The position numbers and the translations under genes were made by a program. The notes beneath the pieces were generated by a model. That model worked only from the letters and a program-made list of their open reading frames with translations. It was not told the DNA's origin and searched no databases. From Thermoanaerobaculia bacterium (lineage in GTDB: Bacteria > Acidobacteriota > Thermoanaerobaculia > Multivoradales > JAGPDF01), in NCBI GenBank assembly GCA_963719555.1, contig CAVRCL010000001.1:67379-131378 (forward strand): 64,000 nucleotides of DNA, in the 5' to 3' direction. Positions 53,592 to 64,000 of this stretch are shown piece by piece. The stretch's first letter is position 1, and each line of letters starts with the position of its first letter.

Positions 53592-56451
53592 TGGCGATCG
53601 ACCGGCCGCAGGTCATCGCTTCAGCGGAGAAGCTCGTCGCGCGCGGCAAGATCGAAGCGGCGATCAAGGAGTACCGCAAGCTTCTCGCCGAAAATCCGAA
53701 CGACGCTTCGACGCTGAACCGGCTGGGCGACCTGTACGCGCGCATCGATCGCATCGACGAGGCCGTGCGGCTCTTCTCGCAGATCGCCGACCGCTACACG
53801 GACGACGGCTTCTTCGTCAAGGCGATCGCGATCTACAAGAAGATCATCAAGCTCGATCCGACGCGGCTCGCGGTCTACGAGCGGCTGGCGGAGCTGTATC
53901 ACAAGCAGGGCCTGATCCCAGAGGCGCGGACGCAGTATCAGGTGCTGGTCGACTACTACCAGAAGCACAGCAATCCTGCGTCGGCGATCAGCGTGTTGCA
54001 GAAGATGGCGATCCTGATCCCCGACGATCCGGCGCCGCACGTCAAGCTCGCCGAGCTGTTCCACAGCCAGCAACTGACCGAGAAGGCGCTGGCGGAGTAC
54101 CGCTTGATCGCCGACCTCATGCTGCGCCACAACAAGGTCGAGGAGGCGACGCAGGTCTACGCCAAGGCGATCGAGGCCGAGCCCGGAGACATCGCCTTCA
54201 TCACCGACGCGGTGCTCGGCCTCAAGGATGCCGGCCACGTCGGAGCGGCGGCCCGGCTCCTGGCGCTCGCCGTCGAGCGGAATCCGCAGGCCGAGAAGAT
54301 CGCCCGGATCGCCGGCCTGCAGCGCACGCCGGGTGCGCCCGCTGGCGAAGCGTTGCCGACCCCCACCGCTCCGCTCAAGGTCTCGGATGTGACGCGCGGC
54401 GGCGGCGATTCCGACGAGGTACTGCATCTCGATCCCGATCTGCTCGCGACGACGGAGATTGCGCGCGCCGCGCCAGCCGTGGACCCGGTGCGTTCGCCCC
54501 CGCAGTCCCAGTCCCAGCCCCAGGCTCACCCGCACCCTCGGCCTCACCCTCACCCTCACCCTCACCCTCCAGTACTGCGTCCCGTCGACGAAGGCGAGGT
54601 CGACTTCGTCCTCGAGCTGGCGGACGACCTCGACCTGCCGTCCACTCAGGTCAGCCCGACCGACGAAATGCTGCAGCGGTCGCCCGAATCGCCCTGGTTC
54701 GAAGGCGGGCAGGAGCCCGAAGTCGAGTTCGATCTCGATCTCGAGGGGCTCCAGTCGCTCGCTCCGGTCGGCGCTGTTGCCCCACCTTCGGCTTTGCCGC
54801 CGCCGGAGACGGCGCAGGCGATAGCGCCGCCAGCGACACCCGCATCGCCGCCGGCGTCGCTCGCACCTGCCGCCGCCGCGCCGGTACCTTCCGACGAGGC
54901 TTACGAGATCGACTGGAGCTTCGAACCGGAGCCGGCGCTCGACATCCCGGAGGTCGCACCGACGGCGACGCGGACGCCCGTGCTCAATCTCGAAGAGCTC
55001 GAGCGCACGTCGTTCGAGGTGCTGCCGACCCAGGTGTCGGGAGCCCGCCGCCAGGACGACCTTCTCGCCGAGGCGGAGGTCTTCCGCAAGTACGGACTGC
55101 GTGAGAAGGCCCACGACCGTTTGCGGGAGCTCCTGCACATCAATCCGCGGAATATCGGCGCCAACGGTCTGCTGGTCTCGCTCTGGATCGATGAGGGCAA
55201 GTACGACAAGGCGCTGGCGCGGGCCAATCAGCTCAAGCGTCTCGCCGAGGAAGGCAAGGACGAAAGCGTCTGGCACCAGGTGCGCAGTCGGCTGGTCAAG
55301 GCGGGATTCCGCGTCGAAGGCGAGGAGGTCGTCGCCCCGCCGACGGCCGTGCCGAAGAAGAAGGACAAGATCTCGGCGCTGCTCGACGACCTCGCCGGGC
55401 TGTCACCGTCGAGCGGACGCAGCGCGACGAAGCCGGCCAAGGCGCGTCCCGCCGCGACCGCTGCGGACCTTCCCGTCGTTCCAGTCGTCCCCGCCGTTCC
55501 CGTCGTTTCAAATGCGGCGCCCCCGCCAGCCTCTCCGACCGCCTCGACGCTGCCGCCGACGCTGGCTGCCCCGGGCCCGGCGATCGCCAAGCCGCCCGCT
55601 CCAGCCCCGATGGCCGAAGCTGCGCCGCCTCCCTCGGCTGAAGCGGCCGCCGAGCCGTCCGCTGAACCGTGGCACGCCGGTCTGCACGAAGCCGGCCCGC
55701 TCGACGAGGAGCTCCCCGAGATCGTCATCCCGATCGCGCGACTGCCGAAGACAGCGGTCCCCCTGGTCTCCCCTGCGCCGCCAGCGCCACCGGCGCATCC
55801 GGCACAGCCGCCGCATCCAGTGACCCCGGAGCGCATCGCCGCCGACGAGAGCCTCTCCTGGCTCGACCAGGCCGTGGCCGCGCCGGCGGTACACGGCGGC
55901 GGTGACGGCGAGAAGCTCTTCGACGACGAGGAGGGCTTCTTCGATCTGGCAGCGGAGCTCGAACAGGAGCTTTCGAAGGAGGACCTGCTCACCGGCCGGG
56001 ATCTCATGCCGACCCGCAGGAGCAGTCCCTCGAAGAGATCGTCGAAGGATTCAAGCGCGGCGTCGCGGAGAGTCTCTCGGCGGAGGACTACGACACGCAT
56101 TACAACCTCGGCATCGCTTACCGCGAGATGGGGCTGCTCGACGAGGCCATCGGCGAGTTCCAACTCGCCTCGAAGGAGCCCCGGTACCTGATCGATTGCG
56201 CTTCCCTGCTCGGCGGCTGTTTCCTCGAGAAGGGTCTCCCCGAGCTGGCGATCAAGTGGTACCAGCGCGGGCTGGAGATTCCGAAGCTCCCGGAAGAGGC
56301 CTTCCTGGGCATGCTCTACGACCTCGGCAACGTCTACATCTTCCAGAACGATCGCGACAAGGCGCGCAAGACCTTCGTCGAGATCTACGGCGTCAACTCG
56401 AACTACCGCGACGTCGTGGCGAAGCTGGCCGAGCTCGACCGGGCGCGCTGA
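53591..56451 (+). CDS. Large TPR protein with a long Pro/Ala/acidic low-complexity centre, one frameshift (about 56010)
   Basis: The N-terminal ~230 aa are TPR-like ([39 protein letters not shown]...). The centre is Pro-rich and includes an [14 protein letters not shown] stretch. A mid TPR-like block reads [29 protein letters not shown]. The C-terminal TPR block [25 protein letters not shown]... is in ORF 56128..56451. Confidence 0.7.
54533..54568 (+). repeat. Hexanucleotide microsatellite (caccct)n in the coding sequence
   Basis: caccct at 54533, then four perfect tandem copies at 54545-54568. It encodes [12 protein letters not shown] within the large TPR protein. Confidence 0.9.
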
Positions 56452-56463
56452 ACACGCCCTCCT

Positions 56464-57581
<1,118 letters not shown>

Positions 57582-57675
57582 CGTCGGGTCGCTCCCTGGA
57601 AGTGGCCCGGGCGCACGCCGCGAGCCGCAGGAGTCTAACAGCGGCCGCTTCGATAGAATCCGTAACGGAGGCGTC

Positions 57676-58689
<1,014 letters not shown>

Positions 58690-58709
58690 CTGGCCTCCGG
58701 GACCGGCGG

Positions 58710-58730
58710 CCGGCTTCCCGCCGAAGCCGG
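58710..58730 (+). terminator. Hairpin downstream of the IDH stop
   Basis: ccggctt-cccgccg-aagccgg, a 7-bp stem with a 7-nt loop, 21 nt after TAG 58687-58689. No U-tract. Confidence 0.3.
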
Positions 58731-58746
58731 TGCGAGAATCGACTGC

Positions 58747-60113
58747 GTGACCGACTCCCTGTTCGACGAGCCCGGCGGCCCGCTCCCGGCGCGTGGCAAG
58801 GAGGACGCCTCCGCGCCGCTCGCGGAGCGCATGCGGCCGCGGACGCTCGACGAAGTGGCGGGGCACCCGGAGCTGCTGGGCCCACGCGGCTTCCTCCGGC
58901 GGGCGATCGCCGAAGACCGGGTACCCTCGCTCATCTTCTGGGGTCCGCCGGGCTGCGGCAAGACGACCCTGGCGCGGCTCATCGCGGAGTCGACGAAGAG
59001 CCGTTTCGTGCCGTTCTCGGCGGTGACCTCGGGCATCAAGGAAATCAAGGAGGTCATGGCCGACGCGGTGAAGTTGCGCACGGCGACCGGTCGCCGGACG
59101 ATTCTCTTCGTCGACGAGATCCACCGTTTCAACCGCGCGCAGCAGGACGCCTTCCTGCCTTACGTCGAGCGCGGCGACATCGTGCTCGTCGGCGCGACGA
59201 CGGAGAACCCCTCCTTCGAGCTCAACGCGGCGCTGTTGTCGCGCTGCAAGGTCGTCATGCTGTCGGCGCTCGCTCCCGAAGACCTGGCGACGATGCTGCG
59301 TCGCGCGCTCTCCTCCCTGAGCGCGGCCTCGGTGCGAGCCGCATCGAGATCGGCGGCGAGGCACTGGACGCGATCGCCGGACTCGCCAACGGCGACGGCC
59401 GGCGGGCGCTCGGACTGCTCGAGCTTGCGGTCTCCGAGGCGGTCGCGGCGGGACTCACCACGGTAACCGTAGAAGGCGTCGCGCAACTCGCCCAGCGCAA
59501 GGTCCTGCTCTACGACAAGAGCGGCGAGGAGCACTTCAATCTCATCTCGGCGCTGCACAAGTCCCTGCGCGAGAGCGATCCGGACGCCGCCCTCTACTGG
59601 CTCGGGCGCATGCTCGCGGCGGGAGAGGATCCGAACTACCTGGCGCGCCGGCTGGTGCGCTTCGCCAGCGAAGACGTCGGCCTCGCTGATCCGCAAGCCC
59701 TGCCGCAGGCACTCGCCGGTTGGGCGGCGTACGAGCGCCTCGGCTCGCCGGAGGGCGAGGTCGCTCTCGCCCAGGTCGTCGTCTACCTCGCGCTGGCGCC
59801 GAAGAGCGTCGCGGTCTATCGCGCCTATAGCGATGTGCGCCGGGCGATCGAGGAGCGCCCGGCCGAGCCGGTCCCCCTCGCGCTGCGCAACGCCCCGACG
59901 AAGCTGATGAAGGGGCTCGGCTACGGCCGCGACTATGCTTATGCTCCGGACTCGGAAGAGGGCGTCGCCGGCCTCGAATGCCTGCCGGAGGCGCTCGCCG
60001 GGACGACCTTCTACAGCCCCTCGGGCATGGGTTTCGAAGCCCGGCTCGCCGAACGGCTGGCGGAGTTCGCGCGCCGGCGCCAGGCGGCTCGCGGGCAGCG
60101 GCGCCCGCGCTAG
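58747..60113 (+). CDS. rarA: Replication-associated recombination protein A (RarA/MgsA), one frameshift (about 59310)
   Basis: PLAERMRPRTLDEVAGH, SLIFWGPPGCGKTTLARLIA, ILFVDEIHRFNRAQQDAFLP, GATTENPSFE, LYDKSGEEHFNLISALHKS.R.SDPDAALYWL and DPNYLARRLVRFASEDVG. Confidence 0.9.
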
Positions 60114-60168
60114 CCTGGGCTAGACTCCGCCCCTTGACCGTTGCCCCCGCGGGGGGAGGAGAGTCGCG

Positions 60169-60531
60169 ATGAAGAAGTGGCTGCGCATTCACCGCTACCT
60201 CGGCGCTTTCTGCGCGCCGATGTTGATCCTGTTCGCCATTTCCGGTTCGTGGCAGGTGCGGAATTTCCACAAGGCGAAGAAGGACGGCTCCTACACGCCG
60301 CCAGCGGCGGTGAAGTTCGCTTCCGATCTGCACATGGCCGAGGATCTCGAGGGGCCGGCACAGTGGGCCTTCCGCGGCATCCTCTGGCTGGTTGCCGGGA
60401 GTCTCGTCGTGTCGTCGACAATCGGCTTGGGGATGGCCTTCCGCCTCGAGCCGGCGAAGGGCAGAGTCTGGCTCCTCACCCTCGCAGGCGTGGCGCTGCC
60501 GCTGCTGCTCTTCCTGCTCGCCCGCAAGTGA
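60169..60531 (+). CDS. Small hypothetical membrane protein (2-3 TM segments)
   Basis: 120-aa ORF. WLRIHRYLGAFCAPMLILFAISG is reminiscent of PepSY-associated TM helices. Also has hydrophobic C-terminal helices. No firm family. Confidence 0.45.
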   Translation: MKKWLRIHRYLGAFCAPMLILFAISGSWQVRNFHKAKKDGSYTPPAAVKFASDLHMAEDLEGPAQWAFRGILWLVAGSLVVSSTIGLGMAFRLEPAKGRVWLLTLAGVALPLLLFLLARK

Positions 60532-60543
60532 GGCCGGGGTGAG

Positions 60544-60567
60544 GCGCGCCCGGCCCGGGCGGCGCGC
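60544..60567. terminator. GC-rich hairpin between the convergent small membrane gene and dsbD
   Basis: gcgcgcc (60544-60550) pairs with ggcgcgc (60561-60567) around a 10-nt loop. It abuts the dsbD stop at 60568. No U-tract. Confidence 0.3.
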
Positions 60568-62520
60568 TCAGCGTTTCGCGGCCGACTCGGCGATCACCCG
60601 GGCGACCTCGGCGGCGGAGAGCAGCTCACCGAAGAGGTGGGGCGGCTGCCCCGGGCGGTAGAGCATGTAGAACGGGATGCCGTAGCGGCCGTGCTCGGCG
60701 AGAAAGCGGGCGATCGTGTCGTCGCGGTTCGTCCAGTCGGCCTTCATCGCCAGGACATCGTGGCCCTTGAACGCCGCGATGACCTCGGGGTTGTTCAGGA
60801 TGAGACGCTCGTTCACCTTGCAGGTCACGCACCAGTCGGCGGTGATGTCGAGGAAGACGAGCCGGCCGGCGGCGGAGCGGCGCTCGGCCTCGGCGCGGTC
60901 GAACGGCGTCCAGGCGATCGCTTCCGACCCTTTGGCGGCCGCCGGCTGCAAGCTGTGCGCCGCCGGAGTGGCGCGCGCCGCGAAGAAGATCAGACCGACC
61001 GCGGTTGCCGCCGCGAACAGCCACCAGAGCCCGGTGCCGCGGCGCTCGAGTTCGGCGCGCTGGCGCAGCCAGAGAAAGAACGCGAGGCCGAGGAGGCCGA
61101 GCTCGAAAACCGCCAGACTGACGCTGTCGATCTGTCCGGCGAGCACGAAGATCAGCCAGACGACCGCGCCGGCGAGCAGGAAGCCCATGACGCCGCGCAG
61201 GGTGACCATCCAGGTTCCCGGCCGCGGCATCCACTTCACCGCCCCGGGGGCGGCGACGAGCAGCAGATAGGGGAGCGCGAGGCCGACGCCGACGGCGGTG
61301 AGAACCGCGAAGATCGTGCCGCCGCTCTGCCCGAGCGCGAACGAGAGCGCCGTGCCGAGGAACGGCGCCGAGCAAGGGGTCGCCATGAGGGTGGCGAAGA
61401 GGCCCGAGGCGAAATGTCCGCCCAGCCCGTCTCTCACTCCAGCACTGGCGCCGGCGCTCGCGCCGGCGTCGCCGAGCCGCGCCAGGCGGGCCGGCAGCGG
61501 AATCTCGAACAGCCCCCAGAGATTGAGCGAGAAGAGCAGGACCACCACCGTGAGGAAGGCGACGAAGCCGGGCTGCTGGAACTGCACCCCCCAACCGATC
61601 GCCGCCCCCGCTTGCCGCGCCAGGACCGCAGTCCCGGCGAGTGCCCAGAAGGAGACCAGGATGCCGGCCGTCGTCGACAGGGCGCCGATACGGATCGTGC
61701 GGGTCGACTTCCCCGAGGCCTGGACCAGCCCGAAGAGCTTGAGCGAGAGGATCGGCAGGACGCACGGCATGCCGTTGAGGATGAAGCCGCCCAGCAGGGC
61801 GAGGAACAGAATCGCCGTCAACGAGCGCGCCGCCACTGGAGGGGCGGATGTCGCCGCGGCTGCGATGGCCGGAGGCGCGGCCGCAGCAGGTTCCGTGGAG
61901 CTGGCATGCGCCGCCGGTACGGTCGTCGGCCCGGGGTCGGCGAAGTAGTCCGGGGCGGCGGCAACGCCCCCGGGACCGATCGTGAGGTCGACCGCGGCGC
62001 TGGTCTCGACCGGCGGCAGGCACTGGCGGTCGTCGCAGGCCTGGTAGCGCAGGTGCAGCACGAGCCGCACCGGGCCGAACGCGGTCGCCGCCGGCACGTC
62101 GAACCTCGCCACGATGCGGGTGCGTCCCTCGAGAACGTCGAGCTCGTCGTCGGCGAAGGCGAACTTGTACTTGACCGGCGCGGGATAGTCGATTTCGGCG
62201 ACGGGCCATCCCGCGGGCGCTTCGACGGAGAGCGTCGTCGGAATGAGGTAGTCGTAGGTCGGGACGTGCGCCTGCAGGTGCCAGCCGGGTTCGATCTCCA
62301 GGCGCGCCGCTACCCGGACCGGGTCGCCCGGAAGGTAGGCGCTGCGGTCCGCCGCTCCCGAGAGGGTGGCCTTCTGCAGCCGGACCGGCGCCCTGTCGCC
62401 GGAGAACTGAGCGCTGCCCGGACCGGCGGCGAGCGCCGCAAAAGTCAGCAGAGCGAGCAGAGCGCGGGGCAAGCGGGCGGGGCGCCTGGCGCCCGTCCGT
62501 CCAACGCGATTCAGGAGCAC
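60568..62520 (-). CDS. dsbD: Thiol:disulfide interchange protein DsbD
   Basis: N-terminal DsbD-alpha-like domain (RYQACDDRQCLPP), a central multi-TM CcdA-like core (...NGMPCVLPILSLK..., ...ATPCSAPFLG...), and a C-terminal thioredoxin domain (VFLDITADWCVTCK). I chose GTG 62520 as the start. Confidence 0.85.
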   Translation of the reverse strand: MLLNRVGRTGARRPARLPRALLALLTFAALAAGPGSAQFSGDRAPVRLQKATLSGAADRSAYLPGDPVRVAARLEIEPGWHLQAHVPTYDYLIPTTLSVEAPAGWPVAEIDYPAPVKYKFAFADDELDVLEGRTRIVARFDVPAATAFGPVRLVLHLRYQACDDRQCLPPVETSAAVDLTIGPGGVAAAPDYFADPGPTTVPAAHASSTEPAAAAPPAIAAAATSAPPVAARSLTAILFLALLGGFILNGMPCVLPILSLKLFGLVQASGKSTRTIRIGALSTTAGILVSFWALAGTAVLARQAGAAIGWGVQFQQPGFVAFLTVVVLLFSLNLWGLFEIPLPARLARLGDAGASAGASAGVRDGLGGHFASGLFATLMATPCSAPFLGTALSFALGQSGGTIFAVLTAVGVGLALPYLLLVAAPGAVKWMPRPGTWMVTLRGVMGFLLAGAVVWLIFVLAGQIDSVSLAVFELGLLGLAFFLWLRQRAELERRGTGLWWLFAAATAVGLIFFAARATPAAHSLQPAAAKGSEAIAWTPFDRAEAERRSAAGRLVFLDITADWCVTCKVNERLILNNPEVIAAFKGHDVLAMKADWTNRDDTIARFLAEHGRYGIPFYMLYRPGQPPHLFGELLSAAEVARVIAESAAKR

Positions 62521-63425
62521 AGCGCCGCGGAGTCGGACTTCAGGGACGAGTAGGCGCGCCGAGCGTCGGTCAGATAGGGGCTGCGCGGGTGGCCGCGCTC
62601 GAAGGCGGCGAGCGCCCCGGCAGCGCCGCTGCAATCGCGCTCGCCGCCGGCGATGAAGACCAGCAGGAGGTCGACGCGCTCGGCAATGCCGGCGCTCTGC
62701 GGGGTCTTGGCGCCCGTCGCGAGTGCGCTCTGGAGCTCGGCAGCGGCCTGGCGCGCGGCGGCGAATCGGCCGTCCATGCGGTAGGCGTCGGCGAGCTGGA
62801 GTCGGGTCCAGGCGAGGTCGTCCCCCTGGAGGCCGCCGTCGCGCAGCAGGCGCTCGAAGAGGACCGCAGCGCGGCCGCCATCGCCGCGGGTATGAAGCTC
62901 GCGTGCCCGACTCCGCCAGAGGAGCGGATCGGTGCTGGCGAGAGCGTCGGAATAGGTGGCGAGGAAGGCGTCGTATTCGCGCAGCTCACGCTCGAGCCGG
63001 GAGATCAGCTGATCGGTCTCCATGTAGCCTTCGATCTTGCCGAGCAGGCTTTTTTTCGGATCGAGCAGCAGCAGGGTCGGCAGCGAATCGGCCATGAAGC
63101 GCCGCTGCAGCTCGCTCCCGGCGGCACCGTCCTCGACGTCGACGCGCAGCAGCACGAACCGTTCGGCATAGGCGCGGAACCTCTCCTGCGTGAAGATCTC
63201 GCGCTCCATCGTCCTGCACCAGCCGCACCATCGGGCGTAGAGGTCGACCAGCACCGGCTTGCCGCTCTGGCGCGCGGCAGCGAAGGCTTCGTCCGTGCGC
63301 TGGTGCCAGACCGACGCGGCGGGCGCCTCCGGGGCGCCAGAGCCGACCGGCATGGGGATCGGAAAGGCCGCGGTCGCGAGGCTGGCGAGAACCAGGGCGG
63401 GAGCGGCGAAGAGCTGTCTTTTCAT
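62511..63425 (-). CDS. Secreted thioredoxin-fold protein with a helical-repeat C-terminal half
   Basis: Signal peptide MKRQLFAAPALVLASLATAA. Then GKPVLVDLYARWCGWCRTMERE (thioredoxin_7 / DUF255-like WCxxC) and a C-terminal TPR-like helical region. Confidence 0.75.
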   Translation of the reverse strand: MKRQLFAAPALVLASLATAAFPIPMPVGSGAPEAPAASVWHQRTDEAFAAARQSGKPVLVDLYARWCGWCRTMEREIFTQERFRAYAERFVLLRVDVEDGAAGSELQRRFMADSLPTLLLLDPKKSLLGKIEGYMETDQLISRLERELREYDAFLATYSDALASTDPLLWRSRARELHTRGDGGRAAVLFERLLRDGGLQGDDLAWTRLQLADAYRMDGRFAAARQAAAELQSALATGAKTPQSAGIAERVDLLLVFIAGGERDCSGAAGALAAFERGHPRSPYLTDARRAYSSLKSDSAALCS

Positions 63426-63485
63426 TGGGTTGGGTCGCCCTTGGGGTGGTCAAATTGGCCCGGCGGCGATGATAACATGCAAGCC

Positions 63486-64000
63486 ATGGACCTATCGGCT
63501 CGCGTGCGGCGCATCGGCGAGTCCGCGACTCTCAAGGTCACGCGGCGAGCGATGCAGATGAAGGCGCAGGGGATCGACGTCGTCGACTTCGGTGCCGGCG
63601 AGCCCGACTTCGCCTCACCGGCGGTCGCCGTCGAAGCGGCGCGTCAGGCACTCGCCGACGGTTTCACCAAGTACACCCAGAACCAGGGGATCCCGGCGCT
63701 GCGCCAGGCGCTCGCGAAGCGCTACGCGCAGCGCTACGGCGCGCCCTGGACGGCCGACCAGACGCTCATCGCGGTGGGCGGCAAGGGAGCGCTGTTCGAG
63801 GTCGCGCTGGCGCTGTTCGAAGAGGGGCAGGAGGTCGTCCTTCACACCCCGGCCTGGGTCAGCATTCCCGAGCAGATTCGCTTCGCCGGCGCCACCGTCG
63901 TCGAGGTCCCAACCACCGGCGCCGACGGTTTTGTCGTTGACCCCGACGCGATGCTCGCGGCGATCACCTCCCGCACCCGCGCCGTCATCGTCAACTCGCC
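63486..64000 (+). CDS. PLP-dependent aspartate/aromatic aminotransferase, 5' part (runs off the right edge)
   Basis: Hand translation from ATG 63486: MDLSARVRRIGESATLKVTRRAMQMKAQGIDVVDFGAGEPDFASPAVAVEAARQALADGFTKYTQNQGIPALRQALAKRY.... Not in the ORF track because it has no stop in the window. Confidence 0.85.
   Translation, partial: MDLSARVRRIGESATLKVTRRAMQMKAQGIDVVDFGAGEPDFASPAVAVEAARQALADGFTKYTQNQGIPALRQALAKRYAQRYGAPWTADQTLIAVGGKGALFEVALALFEEGQEVVLHTPAWVSIPEQIRFAGATVVEVPTTGADGFVVDPDAMLAAITSRTRAVIVNS

Noticed and set aside
55667-55690. Sigma-54-like TGGCAC motifs, for example GTGGCACGCCGGTCTGCA here. Other TGGCAC hits are at about 19252, 38865, 39721, 48025 and 55265.
   Set aside because: All lie inside coding sequences, and the -12 TTGC element is missing or mis-spaced. 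None is positioned upstream of a gene start.

Overview
High-GC (roughly 68-70% by eye) bacterial chromosomal segment carrying about 63 protein-coding genes. I found no rRNA, tRNA, CRISPR array, transposase, integrase or prophage signal.

Most of the content is housekeeping:
- folE and fabH.
- A UDP-glucuronate branch-point trio (ugd, UDP-xylose synthase, epimerase).
- mlaEFD, plsC, apbC/mrp, lpxH, aroA.
- thiL-lon-nrdR.
- hrcA-grpE-dnaK-dnaJ-prmA-rsmE-ilvE.
- recX-alaS, pgsA, pyk.
- ffh-rpsP-KH-rimM-trmD-rplS-rnhB.
- NAD-IDH, rarA, dsbD.

The gene set (MglA-type GTPase, PilT, PATAN/DUF4388, sigma-54 activator, many TPR proteins) fits an Acidobacteriota- or Myxococcota-like organism. That placement is inference only.

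The dominant technical feature is patchy single-base indels. Nearly every gene in 1-27 kb and 56-59.3 kb is split over two or three frames, and there are a few more breaks at 35.4-36 kb and 38.9-39.3 kb. In contrast, 27-35.4 kb, 40-56 kb and 59.6-64 kb are clean. I read this as sequence error rather than gene decay.

I did not find a complete, recognisable novel system. The best leads are:
1. An MglA-type GTPase fused to a ~225-aa C-terminal extension, with no MglB nearby.
2. A pilT-PATAN(DUF4388) pair.
3. A small lower-GC island at 4.4-6.0 kb with hicBA, an orphan secreted ORF and a ParE-like toxin-antitoxin pair, next to an orphan ClpX-like AAA+ ATPase with a degenerate pore loop.
4. A sigma-54 activator with a ~650-aa TPR-like N-terminus.
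5. A YggX-like protein carrying CxxC...CxxC.

Many very long ORFs in the supplied track are antisense or read-through artefacts of the high GC content.
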